A stretch of DNA of 64,000 nucleotides, taken from contig CP092821.1 of assembly GCA_022530585.1 (NCBI GenBank), positions 262,222 through 326,221 of the forward strand, in the 5' to 3' direction. Position numbers and translations under genes: made by a program. This stretch comes from Candidatus Nealsonbacteria bacterium DGGOD1a. Its GTDB lineage: Bacteria > Patescibacteriota > Minisyncoccia > Minisyncoccales > UBA5738. Under the pieces are notes generated by a model that was not told the DNA's origin, made no database searches, and saw only the letters and a program-made list of their open reading frames with translations. Positions 18,402 to 27,210 of the stretch are shown here, piece by piece. How positions within the stretch are numbered: position 1 is the first letter of the stretch; each line of letters starts with the position of its first letter.

Positions 18402-19385
18402 ACATATAATCATATCATTTCGCTCGAAAATTTGCTTGAAGCGTGGACGGAATTTGCAAAAGGAAAACGATCGCGCGCGGATGTTCAGGGTTTTGAGCGA
18501 AATCTCATGGCAAATATTATTTCGCTTCACCGCGCGCTTGCGGCGAAAACATACGCCCATTTTGTATATCGAATCTTTAAGATATCCGATCCGAAGCCGC
18601 GCGTTATTCACACGGCAAGCGTTCGGGATCGGCTGTTGCATCATGCGCTGTACCGGAAACTGGCGCCGTTTTTTGCTAAAACTTTTATTGCTGATTCAAA
18701 TTCCTGCCAGATGGGCAAGGGGACGCATCGAGCTCTTCGTAGGTTTAATAAATTTATCAATGTTGTTTCCAAAAATAACACCAAAACGGTTTGGGTGCTT
18801 AAATGCGATATAAGAAAATTTTTTGCAAGCATCGATCAGACAATCTTGTTAGGCATAATGGCGCAATATATTCCAGACAAGAATATCCTTTGGCTTGTTT
18901 CGGCCATTGTTGGAAGTTTTTATTCAAGCACCAAAGGCAAAGGTCTTCCTTTGGGTAATTTGACATCCCAACTTTTATCCAACATTTACATGAATGAATT
19001 TGACCAGTTTGCGAAGCACCGCCTCAAAGCGGAGTTTTATCTTCGTTATGCCGATGATTTTGCCGTTCTTTCGGGGAACCGAGCATATGTTGAAAACATT
19101 TTACCGTTGATGCGAGAATTTTTAGGGCAAAAATTGAAGTTATCTATGCATCCAGATAAGGTTTTTATACGGACCGTCTTTTCGGGTATTGATTTTCTCG
19201 GTTGGGTTCATTTTCCGGATCATCGGGTTTTAAGGACAACGACCAAAAAGAGAATGTTTGAAAATATCAGAATAAAAAATGGTAAATTTGAAACAATTCA
19301 GTCATATATCGGGCTTGTTGGTTATGGCAATGGTTGGAAATTGCGGCAAGAAATTGAAAACCAACCGTCCCAGCGCCGAAATTGA
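18372..19385 (+). CDS. DGR-type reverse transcriptase
   Basis: 337 aa. SLENLLEAWTEFAKGKR N-terminus, the DGR-specific LGNLTSQ motif, and a YADD box (LRYADDFAVL). Confidence 0.9.
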   Translation: MDMSRIQYQHTYNHIISLENLLEAWTEFAKGKRSRADVQGFERNLMANIISLHRALAAKTYAHFVYRIFKISDPKPRVIHTASVRDRLLHHALYRKLAPFFAKTFIADSNSCQMGKGTHRALRRFNKFINVVSKNNTKTVWVLKCDIRKFFASIDQTILLGIMAQYIPDKNILWLVSAIVGSFYSSTKGKGLPLGNLTSQLLSNIYMNEFDQFAKHRLKAEFYLRYADDFAVLSGNRAYVENILPLMREFLGQKLKLSMHPDKVFIRTVFSGIDFLGWVHFPDHRVLRTTTKKRMFENIRIKNGKFETIQSYIGLVGYGNGWKLRQEIENQPSQRRN

Positions 19386-19556
19386 AACCGCCCTTTTGGC
19401 CGTCCCGCTGCCAAAGTTGCCTTGCCTTTTGACAGCAGTCCCATTGTCCCTATACCCCCAATGGGACATGCCATAACTTCGGGCAACATCGGTAACGGGA
19501 CGGTCGGGAGCGGGATGATCAGTTTACAAAATTCGCAAAAGTTATAATATGACGAT

Positions 19557-20009
19557 ATGGAAAATTATTTAACGCCCGAGGGGCTGGAAAAGCTCAAGAA
19601 GGAATTGGATACTTTGGAAAATGTTACCCGGCGGGAGCTGGCGGAAAAATTGAATTACGCCATTTCATTCGGCGATCTCAAGGAGAATGCCGCCTATCAT
19701 CAAGCCAAAGAACAGCAGGGATTTTTGGAAGGCCGGATTTCGGAATTAAAATCAATCATTGGCGGCGCGCGCGTGGTTGACCATACGGATTCCGATCATA
19801 TCCAGATCGGATCCACCGTGGTTCTTGCTTGCGGCGCGGCGCGGGACGAATACCAAATTGTGGGGCCCGACGAAGCGGATATTTTTAGCGGTAAAATCTC
19901 TTATAAATCGCCCCTGGGCGATGCGATTTTCGGCAAGCGCGCCGGATGTAAAATTATTTTGGAAACGCCCAAGGGGAAAATGGAATACGAAATTTTGAAA
20001 ATAAAGTAA
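19557..20009 (+). CDS. greA: Transcription elongation factor GreA
   Basis: 150 aa. LTPEGLEKLKKELDTLENVTRRELAEKL coiled-coil N-terminus and the C-terminal SYKSPLGDAIFGKRAGC domain. Confidence 0.9.
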   Translation: MENYLTPEGLEKLKKELDTLENVTRRELAEKLNYAISFGDLKENAAYHQAKEQQGFLEGRISELKSIIGGARVVDHTDSDHIQIGSTVVLACGAARDEYQIVGPDEADIFSGKISYKSPLGDAIFGKRAGCKIILETPKGKMEYEILKIK

Positions 20010-20136
20010 TCATAAAATCATAAAATCATAAGATCATATGGATGTTTCCCGCAATCTTGCGGGATTTGTTTTACAATTTTTTACAATAAATGGTAATATA
20101 AAATTATATTAAGCATATTGAATAATATTTATTTCA

Positions 20137-21069
20137 ATGGAACAACAATTGTTAGAGTACATTGAACAAGAGATCAAAAGAGGCGTTGCCGAGCCGATGA
20201 TTAAAAAAGCTTTGCGCGAAGCCGGATGGGGCGATTCATTGATTGAAGAGGCGTTTGTTTCGCTACGGGCTCCGGTTTCTCCGGCGTCCGAACCGGTTTT
20301 GCCCGAATCGGAAGCGCCGGCGCGGGAAGAAGCAATTTTGGAAGGCGAGGATGATGCCGTTATCGTCGGCAAAAAGAAGCTGAACAAGCCGTTGGTTATC
20401 GTTGCTTCGGTGTTTGGAGCGATGATTTTGATTGTAACCGCGCTGGTTTCATATTTCAGCCTTTCAACTCCATCGCAAGTTGCCGAGGAACCGGCCGCGC
20501 CGGCGGAAGAACCGGCCCAAGTCGAAAATCCGTCGGTGAAGGTGGTTGTTGAAGAACCGGCCGGACCGGCGGAAGAAGATGGCGTAAATCTCATTCCCGC
20601 GGCGGCCACGACCACTGTCGCCACAAGTACTGTCGCCACGACCACTGTTGCCACGAGTACCGCCGCGGTTCCCGATTTGTCAACATCGGCCGGCAGGGAC
20701 GAACAAAGAAAATTGGATATGCAAAAATTGGTTGACGCGCAAAAAATATGGTATCAGACAACCGCCAAATATTATACTTGCGGCTTGAAGGCCGGCGATT
20801 GCGGAGGCAGGAAATACGGTTATCCGGAGCAGATCGGCAAAAGTTTGCCGATCGCCCCGCTGGATCCTCTGGCCGTGCAATATCTTTCAAAAGCGGCGGT
20901 TTGCGGCAAAGATTATGTTTATTGCGGACTTAACAATTCATCGTATTCGCAATTTTTCTGCTATTACGCGAAACTTGAAGGCGGCGACTTTTATACTGCA
21001 TCGCATAACGGCAATTTTCAGCGAAGAACCGCGCCCAAGATCTTTGAAGAATGCGGAGCCGCGAATTAA
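20137..21069 (+). CDS. Single-pass membrane protein with low-complexity linker and Cys-rich C-terminal domain
   Basis: One TM helix (LVIVASVFGAMILIVTALVSYF), a P/E/A-rich segment and ATTTV/ATSTV repeats, and 8 Cys in the last ~110 aa. No family recognised. Confidence 0.5.
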   Translation: MEQQLLEYIEQEIKRGVAEPMIKKALREAGWGDSLIEEAFVSLRAPVSPASEPVLPESEAPAREEAILEGEDDAVIVGKKKLNKPLVIVASVFGAMILIVTALVSYFSLSTPSQVAEEPAAPAEEPAQVENPSVKVVVEEPAGPAEEDGVNLIPAAATTTVATSTVATTTVATSTAAVPDLSTSAGRDEQRKLDMQKLVDAQKIWYQTTAKYYTCGLKAGDCGGRKYGYPEQIGKSLPIAPLDPLAVQYLSKAAVCGKDYVYCGLNNSSYSQFFCYYAKLEGGDFYTASHNGNFQRRTAPKIFEECGAAN

Positions 21070-21288
21070 CGGGATAAATCCGATTATTGAAAAACTATGC
21101 CTTGCTTATCCGTCCCGAGGCGGTTCGCGAGGCATTTTTTTGAAATAAAACCAAGACCGGGTTGTAATAGTTTAATTACGGTCAATTTTTGAATTAGGAA
21201 TAAGGAAGTTATTTATGGAAGCTTCCCAAGCTTCGGTTCCGTCAAACAGCATTTGTTTTACAAATCAATTATTTAACGGCATTCATAT

Positions 21289-21867
21289 ATGGAGGAGTTA
21301 ACCGATGAAGAAATCGCGCGGCGCGCGCAGAAAGGCGATGCGGAGTCGTTTTCCCTGTTGGTGGGGCGCTACGAGAAGAAAATCACCCGCTACGCGAGAA
21401 AGTTTCTTTCGCATCCCGATGATGTGAAAGATATCGTGCAGGATGTTTTTGTGAAAGCGTATGTGAATATCAACAGTTTTGACGCTTCCAGAAGATTTTC
21501 TCCATGGATATACCGCGTGGCGCACAATGAATTCGTTAACGCCTTAAGAAAGAAAAAATCGGAAAAAATATCTTTCATCGATTTCGATGTTTTTTTCCCG
21601 CATCCGACGGCCAAAGAGACCGCCGACAGCGATGTTGAGCGCATTGATTTGCGGCGGATGCTTGATTCTTATCTGGAAAAGCTGCCCGTGAAATATCGGG
21701 AACCCTTGGCATTGTATTATTTTGAAGAAATGGATTATCGCGAAATTTCCGATATAATGCGGCTTCCGGTTTCAACCGTGGGCGTTCGCTTGCAGAGAGG
21801 AAAGGCGATGTTGAAGAAAGCGATGATCAAGAAAAATCCAAACATAAAAGATAATTTCCATGGATAA
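21289..21867 (+). CDS. ECF-type RNA polymerase sigma-70 factor
   Basis: Region 2 (DIVQDVFVKAY...FSPWIYRVAHNEFVNALRKK) and region 4 (YREISDIMRLPVSTVGVRLQRGK). Confidence 0.85.
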   Translation: MEELTDEEIARRAQKGDAESFSLLVGRYEKKITRYARKFLSHPDDVKDIVQDVFVKAYVNINSFDASRRFSPWIYRVAHNEFVNALRKKKSEKISFIDFDVFFPHPTAKETADSDVERIDLRRMLDSYLEKLPVKYREPLALYYFEEMDYREISDIMRLPVSTVGVRLQRGKAMLKKAMIKKNPNIKDNFHG

Positions 21868-22594
21868 CGGCGAACAAAAAAAATCTATCAGCGAATTGGT
21901 TGTCGCCGCCGCGAAAAGCGGGAAGCTCAAAATGAGGCCCAAGTGGCATTTCGTTTTGCGCGCCGTTTTATGGCTGGCGGGAACAATGGTCGCGGCGCTG
22001 GCGGTGCTCTATCTTTTGAGCTTATTCTTCTTTATCGCGCGCGAAACCGGTATTTGGGTTGCGCCGATTTTCGGTTGGCGCGGCATTTTGATATTTTTAG
22101 TGTCGATTCCGTGGGTATTGGTTTTGAGTGTGTTGTTTTTCATTGTCATTTTGGAAATATTGGTGCGCCGCTATTCTTTTGCTTATCGTCTGCCTTTGCT
22201 TTATTCGGCCATCGCGATTTTGCTGGTCGTGGTCGCGGGAAGCGTTATCGTCGCCGGTACGCCGCTTCACGGAATACTTTCGCATTGTTCGCCCGAAATG
22301 CCTTTCCGCGGGGATGATCCCGCGGGAATGGCGGGGCACCCTTGCGGCACCGGATTTTACCGCGATCTCGGCCCGCGCCGTTTCGATAGTATTCATAGCG
22401 GGGTGATCGGTGAGATTTCGGAAACCGAATTCGTGATTGTTAACCGCCAGCGGGAGAATTTGCGCGTTATCGTCACCAAAAAAACGCGCTTGCCTTTCGG
22501 AGAAAACTTTTCGGTGGGTGATACGGTCGTGGTCATCGGCAACCGCCACGGCGATCAAATCGAGGCTTTCGGGGTTAGTCGCGTTAAGAATTAA
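21860..22594 (+). CDS. Membrane protein, putative cognate anti-sigma factor
   Basis: Overlaps the sigma-factor stop by 8 nt and has about 4 TM helices. The call is positional only. Confidence 0.4.
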   Translation: MDNGEQKKSISELVVAAAKSGKLKMRPKWHFVLRAVLWLAGTMVAALAVLYLLSLFFFIARETGIWVAPIFGWRGILIFLVSIPWVLVLSVLFFIVILEILVRRYSFAYRLPLLYSAIAILLVVVAGSVIVAGTPLHGILSHCSPEMPFRGDDPAGMAGHPCGTGFYRDLGPRRFDSIHSGVIGEISETEFVIVNRQRENLRVIVTKKTRLPFGENFSVGDTVVVIGNRHGDQIEAFGVSRVKN

Positions 22595-22597
22595 AGA

Positions 22598-22792
22598 ATA
22601 GACCTACTGCCCAAAGATTTCCTGCTGTGCCGCGCCTCTTTTGGCTGCGAAAAACTCATCAGTCGGCGGCAGACTTAGTTTAAGTATGCCTTCCTCGCTT
22701 TATTAAAAACGAGACTGCGAGCAGACCTTCTTCGTTTTTCTCGCTCAAAAGATACGCGGCTCGCTACGAAAATCTTTAGGCAGCAGGTCTAA
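22598..22792. repeat. Family-C element (conserved core, copy-specific long inverted arms), copy 1
   Basis: Arms are TAGACCTACTGCCCAAAGATTTC / GAAAATCTTTAGGCAGCAGGTCTA. The core GGCTGCGAAAAACTCATCAGTCGGCGGCAGACTTAG..AAGTATGCCTTCCTC..TTTTTCTCGCTC is shared with 32836-33005 and 40048-40211. Confidence 0.75.
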
Positions 22793-22813
22793 TAAAAAAC
22801 AAACATCAAACCA

Positions 22814-24583
22814 ATGGCAAATATAATTTCGGCGATCAAGCGGCATAAAAAAATTTCTTTTGTTATCTTCGTTATTATTCTGGCCGCCGGCTATTTTCTT
22901 TTCGGTTCGGGCAATAAAAGCGCCGGCGCGACGGTTTATACTTATGGAACGGCGTCCAAGGGGAATATCGTGCAATCGGTTAGCGGTAGCGGGCAAGTGG
23001 CGGCCAGCGATCAAGTCGATGTGAAATCTCAGATTGCGGGAGATATCGTCGCGGTGAATATTGTTGAAGGACAATCGGTGAGGCTTGGCGATATGCTGGC
23101 GAGAATTGATTCGACCGATGCGCAGGCGGCGGTTGAAGTGGCGCAAGCGAATTTGGAAAACGCCAAATTGACTTTGCAACAGGCCAGCCAGAATAATTCG
23201 CAATCTTTGGCGCAAGCACGGCAGGCGCTTCAGTCGGCAAAAGATGATCTGGCCACGAGCCAAAGCGACTTGTCCAAGACTTACGAACAGGCTTTTAACG
23301 CGATTGTATCCGCGTTTGCCGATTTGCCGGCGGTAATGTCGGGATTGAGCGATATTATGTCCGGTTCGAGCGATATCGTCGTCCAAAGCAGCGGCACTTA
23401 TCTGGATTATTACCAGTACCAGATAAAATCTTACGGTTCTTCCGTTTCATCATTGCTTGATGTCAGTTCGACCTATGCGATTGCCAAGAACGACTACGAC
23501 AGTGTTTTGAAAGAATATAAAAGCGTCAGCCGTTATTCTGATCCGGAGGCGATTTCCAAAATGGTGGATGACACATACGATGCCACGAAAAAAATATCCA
23601 ATGCCACCAAGGCGCTTATTAATCTGATTCAGCAATATCAGGACGCGGCATCAAAAAATAACAGCCAAGCGCAATCATTTTCAACCACGCATCTTAATAG
23701 TTTGAACGGTTACGCTTCCCAAGTTAACGCGGATTTGCTGAATATGATTTCGATTCAGCAATCGATTAAGAGCGCGTCGCAGAGCGTGGAAAGCGCCAAA
23801 AACACAGTTGATCAGAAAGCCCAATCGCTGAATACGCTGGAGAGTTTGACGAATCAAATCAGCGATCAGTCGCAGCAATTAAGCGTTTCCCAAAAAGAAA
23901 CCGCGCTGGCCGATGCCAAGAAAACCTTGAGCGATTATACCATCAGGGCTCCCTTTGACGGATTGGTGGCGACGGTTGATGTGAAAAAAGGCGATACCAT
24001 CAGCGCCAATGCGACGATCGCGACGATTATTACCAACAACCAAATCGCCACGATTTCGCTGAATGAGGTTGATGCCGCGAGCGTTAAAGTCGGCCAAAAA
24101 GCGACACTGACATTTGATGCCGTAACCGATTTGACGCTGACCGGCCATGTGAGCGCGATTGACGCTATCGGCACTGTCAGTTCGGGCGTTGTCAGTTATG
24201 GCGTAACGATCGCTTTCGACACTCAAGATGATCGGGTTAAACCCGGGATGAGCACGACCGCCGCGATTGTCACCAACATCAAGCAAGATGTTTTGCTGGT
24301 TCCCAACGCCGCGGTTAAATCGAACTCCGCCGGCAATTATGTGATGATGCCCGCCCAGACGGTTGACGGCGCGGTTAGCGGCAGTTCCGAAGACGGCGTT
24401 ATTGTTAAACAGCAAGCGGTTACCGCGGGTTTGGCCGATGATAATTATACCGAAATTACCGACGGTCTGGTTGAAGGGGATACCGTGGTGATAAAAACCG
24501 CGACGCAGGCCGCGGCCAAAACATCGGCCGGCGGCGGTTCGGTTCTATCAGGATTCTTTGGCGGCGGAGGCGCACCCAGATAA
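22814..24583 (+). CDS. Efflux periplasmic adaptor (HlyD/MacA-like)
   Basis: 589 aa. N-terminal TM anchor, a long Q/A/S-rich coiled-coil hairpin, barrel motifs (IRAPFDGLVATVDVKKGD), and a Gly-rich tail. Confidence 0.75.
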   Translation: MANIISAIKRHKKISFVIFVIILAAGYFLFGSGNKSAGATVYTYGTASKGNIVQSVSGSGQVAASDQVDVKSQIAGDIVAVNIVEGQSVRLGDMLARIDSTDAQAAVEVAQANLENAKLTLQQASQNNSQSLAQARQALQSAKDDLATSQSDLSKTYEQAFNAIVSAFADLPAVMSGLSDIMSGSSDIVVQSSGTYLDYYQYQIKSYGSSVSSLLDVSSTYAIAKNDYDSVLKEYKSVSRYSDPEAISKMVDDTYDATKKISNATKALINLIQQYQDAASKNNSQAQSFSTTHLNSLNGYASQVNADLLNMISIQQSIKSASQSVESAKNTVDQKAQSLNTLESLTNQISDQSQQLSVSQKETALADAKKTLSDYTIRAPFDGLVATVDVKKGDTISANATIATIITNNQIATISLNEVDAASVKVGQKATLTFDAVTDLTLTGHVSAIDAIGTVSSGVVSYGVTIAFDTQDDRVKPGMSTTAAIVTNIKQDVLLVPNAAVKSNSAGNYVMMPAQTVDGAVSGSSEDGVIVKQQAVTAGLADDNYTEITDGLVEGDTVVIKTATQAAAKTSAGGGSVLSGFFGGGGAPR

Positions 24584-24628
24584 GTAAATGAATTTGATTA
24601 ATCGGCCTGTTTTCGGGCCTTAATAATA

Positions 24629-25366
24629 ATGATTGAATGTAAAAATATCACAAAAATCTATAAAACCGGAACCGTTGAAACTCAAGTGTTAAAAGGATTG
24701 TCATTCAAGATTGACGATGGCGAATTCGTCGCCATTATCGGGCCATCCGGTTCGGGCAAGTCGACCTTGATGCATATTATCGGGATGCTGGACACGCCAA
24801 CCAGCGGCGAGTATTTTCTTGACGGACGGGATGTTTCCAAATTCAGCGACGACCAACTGGCGGAAATCAGAAAAAATAAAATCGGTTTTGTTTTCCAGTC
24901 ATTCAATCTTTTACCGCGAGCCACGGTTTTGCGCAATGTGTGTTTGCCGCTGGTGTATTCGGGGGTGGAAAAATCCCGGCGCGAAAAGCGCGCCAAAGAA
25001 TCATTGGCAAAGGCCGGATTGCCCGAAGAGTATTACACTCATTCTTCCAACCAGCTGTCGGGCGGGCAAATGCAGCGGGTGGCGATTGCGCGCGCTCTCG
25101 TCAATGATCCATCGATAATTTTTGCCGATGAACCGACAGGCAATCTTGATACCAAAACCGGAGAAATTGTTTTGGATACATTTGGCAAATTGAACGAAGA
25201 TCATAACCACACGATCATACTCATAACTCATGAGCGCGAGGTGGCCGAATACGCCCGTCGTATTATTACCGTGCGCGACGGTTTGATAGTTAATGATTCG
25301 CTTAATAATAACCGTCGGACATCAATGAATGCGGATAATTCTCGTTCAGCTAAATCAAAATTATAA
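24629..25366 (+). CDS. ABC transporter ATP-binding protein (MacB/LolD type)
   Basis: Walker [10 protein letters not shown], signature [15 protein letters not shown], and Walker [13 protein letters not shown]. Confidence 0.9.
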   Translation: MIECKNITKIYKTGTVETQVLKGLSFKIDDGEFVAIIGPSGSGKSTLMHIIGMLDTPTSGEYFLDGRDVSKFSDDQLAEIRKNKIGFVFQSFNLLPRATVLRNVCLPLVYSGVEKSRREKRAKESLAKAGLPEEYYTHSSNQLSGGQMQRVAIARALVNDPSIIFADEPTGNLDTKTGEIVLDTFGKLNEDHNHTIILITHEREVAEYARRIITVRDGLIVNDSLNNNRRTSMNADNSRSAKSKL

Positions 25367-25368
25367 CC

Positions 25369-26592
25369 ATGAAAATAACCGATTTATTAACGGAAACATT
25401 TTCCGCTTTGCTGGCAAACAAAGTCCGGTCGGGTTTGACGATCTTGGGCATTGTCATCGGCATTGGTTCGGTGATTGCCATGGTTGCCATCGGTCAAGGG
25501 ACACAAAGTTCGATTACTTCCAGTATTCAGTCGCTGGGGTCGAATTTACTTATGGTGCAGCCCGGGATGCAGCGAAGTATCGGATCGCAGGTTCGGGAAC
25601 AGCGGGGCTCTTCGCAAACGCTCACTCTTGCCGATTCCAAAGCTATCGCGGAAAATATATCTTCGGTTAAAGCGGTGGCGCCGCAGGTTTCAAGCCGCAG
25701 CCAAGTGACCGCCAAGGGTACCAATACCAATACCCAAGTTTACGGCGTAACCGAAGAATACGCATCCGTGCGCAGCGTTTCGGTTGCCAGCGGAGAATTT
25801 ATTACCGTTGCCGACGACGGCAATTTGGCTAAAGTGGCGGTGCTCGGGCCAACTACCGCGACAGATCTTTTCGGCGAGGACAGCGATCCTGTCGGCCAGA
25901 CGATTCGCATAAATAAAATCGATTTCAAGGTTGTCGGAGTAACCGTGGCCAAGGGCGGCAGCGGTATGTCCAATCAGGATGATGTGGTCTATATTCCCTT
26001 GGCGACCGCGCAGCGTTTTTTGACCGGGAACACTTATGTCGGAACCATTAATGTGGAAGGCGTCGATTCAAAATCGCTGGACCAATTATCAACCGATATT
26101 ACCGATTTGTTGTTGCAGCGCCATAAAATTACGGATTCGACAAAGGCCGATTTTTCGATTATGAACCAGGCCGACATTGTTTCGAGTATGTCGGCCGTAA
26201 CGAGCCAGCTAACCTATCTTTTGGCGGCAATCGCCGGAATTTCGCTTTTAGTGGGCGGCATCGGGATTATGAATATGATGCTGACCACCGTGACCGAACG
26301 CACGCGGGAAATCGGTTTGCGCAAAGCTATCGGCGCTAAAAAAGGCGATATTACGGTTCAGTTTTTATCCGAAGCGGTTACCCTGACCTTTACCGGCGGT
26401 ATTCTTGGGGTGGCGCTTGGGTGGCTCGCGGCATACGCGGTTTATAAATTCGCGGGAGTGGCGACCAGCGTTTCTTTGGTCTCGGTGATTTTGGCGTTTG
26501 GCGTATCGGCGATAATAGGAATAATCTTCGGCTATTATCCGGCGGTGCGCGCCGCCCGAATGAATCCGATAGAAGCTTTGCGTTACGAATAA
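25369..26592 (+). CDS. ABC transporter permease (MacB periplasmic domain + FtsX)
   Basis: 407 aa. N-terminal TM helix, a large periplasmic domain, a C-terminal FtsX-like 3-TM bundle, and the ending RAARMNPIEALRYE. Confidence 0.85.
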   Translation: MKITDLLTETFSALLANKVRSGLTILGIVIGIGSVIAMVAIGQGTQSSITSSIQSLGSNLLMVQPGMQRSIGSQVREQRGSSQTLTLADSKAIAENISSVKAVAPQVSSRSQVTAKGTNTNTQVYGVTEEYASVRSVSVASGEFITVADDGNLAKVAVLGPTTATDLFGEDSDPVGQTIRINKIDFKVVGVTVAKGGSGMSNQDDVVYIPLATAQRFLTGNTYVGTINVEGVDSKSLDQLSTDITDLLLQRHKITDSTKADFSIMNQADIVSSMSAVTSQLTYLLAAIAGISLLVGGIGIMNMMLTTVTERTREIGLRKAIGAKKGDITVQFLSEAVTLTFTGGILGVALGWLAAYAVYKFAGVATSVSLVSVILAFGVSAIIGIIFGYYPAVRAARMNPIEALRYE

Positions 26593-26624
26593 ATAATTCT
26601 TGATTAAAACAAAAAAACAAAAAA

Positions 26625-27167
26625 ATGAATAAATCAATACCAATCGCGATTATTGCAGCGATAATTTTCGGGGCAGCGGGGTTTTATGGCGGTATGCTGT
26701 ACGGGACTTCAAAAAGTTCTTCAAATTCTGCGGCGGTGGCCGGAAATCGTCCGACCGGGGTGCAAAACGGGAACGCAAGCGGCGTTGGTGGCATTGTGTA
26801 TGGCGAGATCATTTCGGTTGACAGTTCCAGTATGACGGTAAAGGCTAGCGATAGCGGGTCGAAAATAGTTTTCTTCTCCGGCACATCAAAAATCAGCAAA
26901 AATGTCGATGCCCAGATTTCCGATTTGGCGGTTGGGCAAACCGTAATGGCGTCCGGTACCGCGAATTCCGACGGCAGTATCAGCTCCAAAACAGTTGAAA
27001 TAAATCCTCAAACAAAGATAAATTCGCAAAGCGGCCGATCCGGTTCCGGGGGCACGGCCGCAAGCGCGACAAAAACACAAGATAGCCAGACGGAATCCGG
27101 TTCCGGTGATTTTGGGATGCCGCCCATGGATGATGGCGGCGCCGGTGGACCTCCTCCGGGAATGTAA
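26625..27167 (+). CDS. Secreted/anchored protein, paralog 1 (DUF5666-like)
   Basis: N-terminal TM or signal segment. The core ...ISVDSSSMTVKASDSGSKIVFFSGTSKISK...DLAVGQTVMASGTANSDGSISSKTVEI is followed by a G/S/P-rich tail. Confidence 0.5.
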   Translation: MNKSIPIAIIAAIIFGAAGFYGGMLYGTSKSSSNSAAVAGNRPTGVQNGNASGVGGIVYGEIISVDSSSMTVKASDSGSKIVFFSGTSKISKNVDAQISDLAVGQTVMASGTANSDGSISSKTVEINPQTKINSQSGRSGSGGTAASATKTQDSQTESGSGDFGMPPMDDGGAGGPPPGM

Positions 27168-27210
27168 TTTGATGTTTTAATTCGCGCATTTAATTATACA
27201 AAATAAAAAC

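Noticed and set aside
18402-18644. The upstream ~80 codons of the 218-aa minus-strand ORF as part of Avd.
   Set aside because: They are antisense to the RT N-terminus and have no four-helix-bundle similarity. Family members are ~115-140 aa.
19386-19556. Possible DGR-associated RNA structure downstream of the RT (CCGTCCCG..CGGGACGG, GTCCCATTG..CAATGGGAC).
   Set aside because: The stems are real, but they are equally explained as a terminator or the greA promoter region. No link to the TR could be shown.
22655-22662. Hammerhead-ribozyme core CTGATGAG on the minus strand of family-C copy 1.
   Set aside because: The motif is not conserved in copies 2 (ATGATGAA) and 3 (CTGACGGA), and no stem II or GAAA follows.
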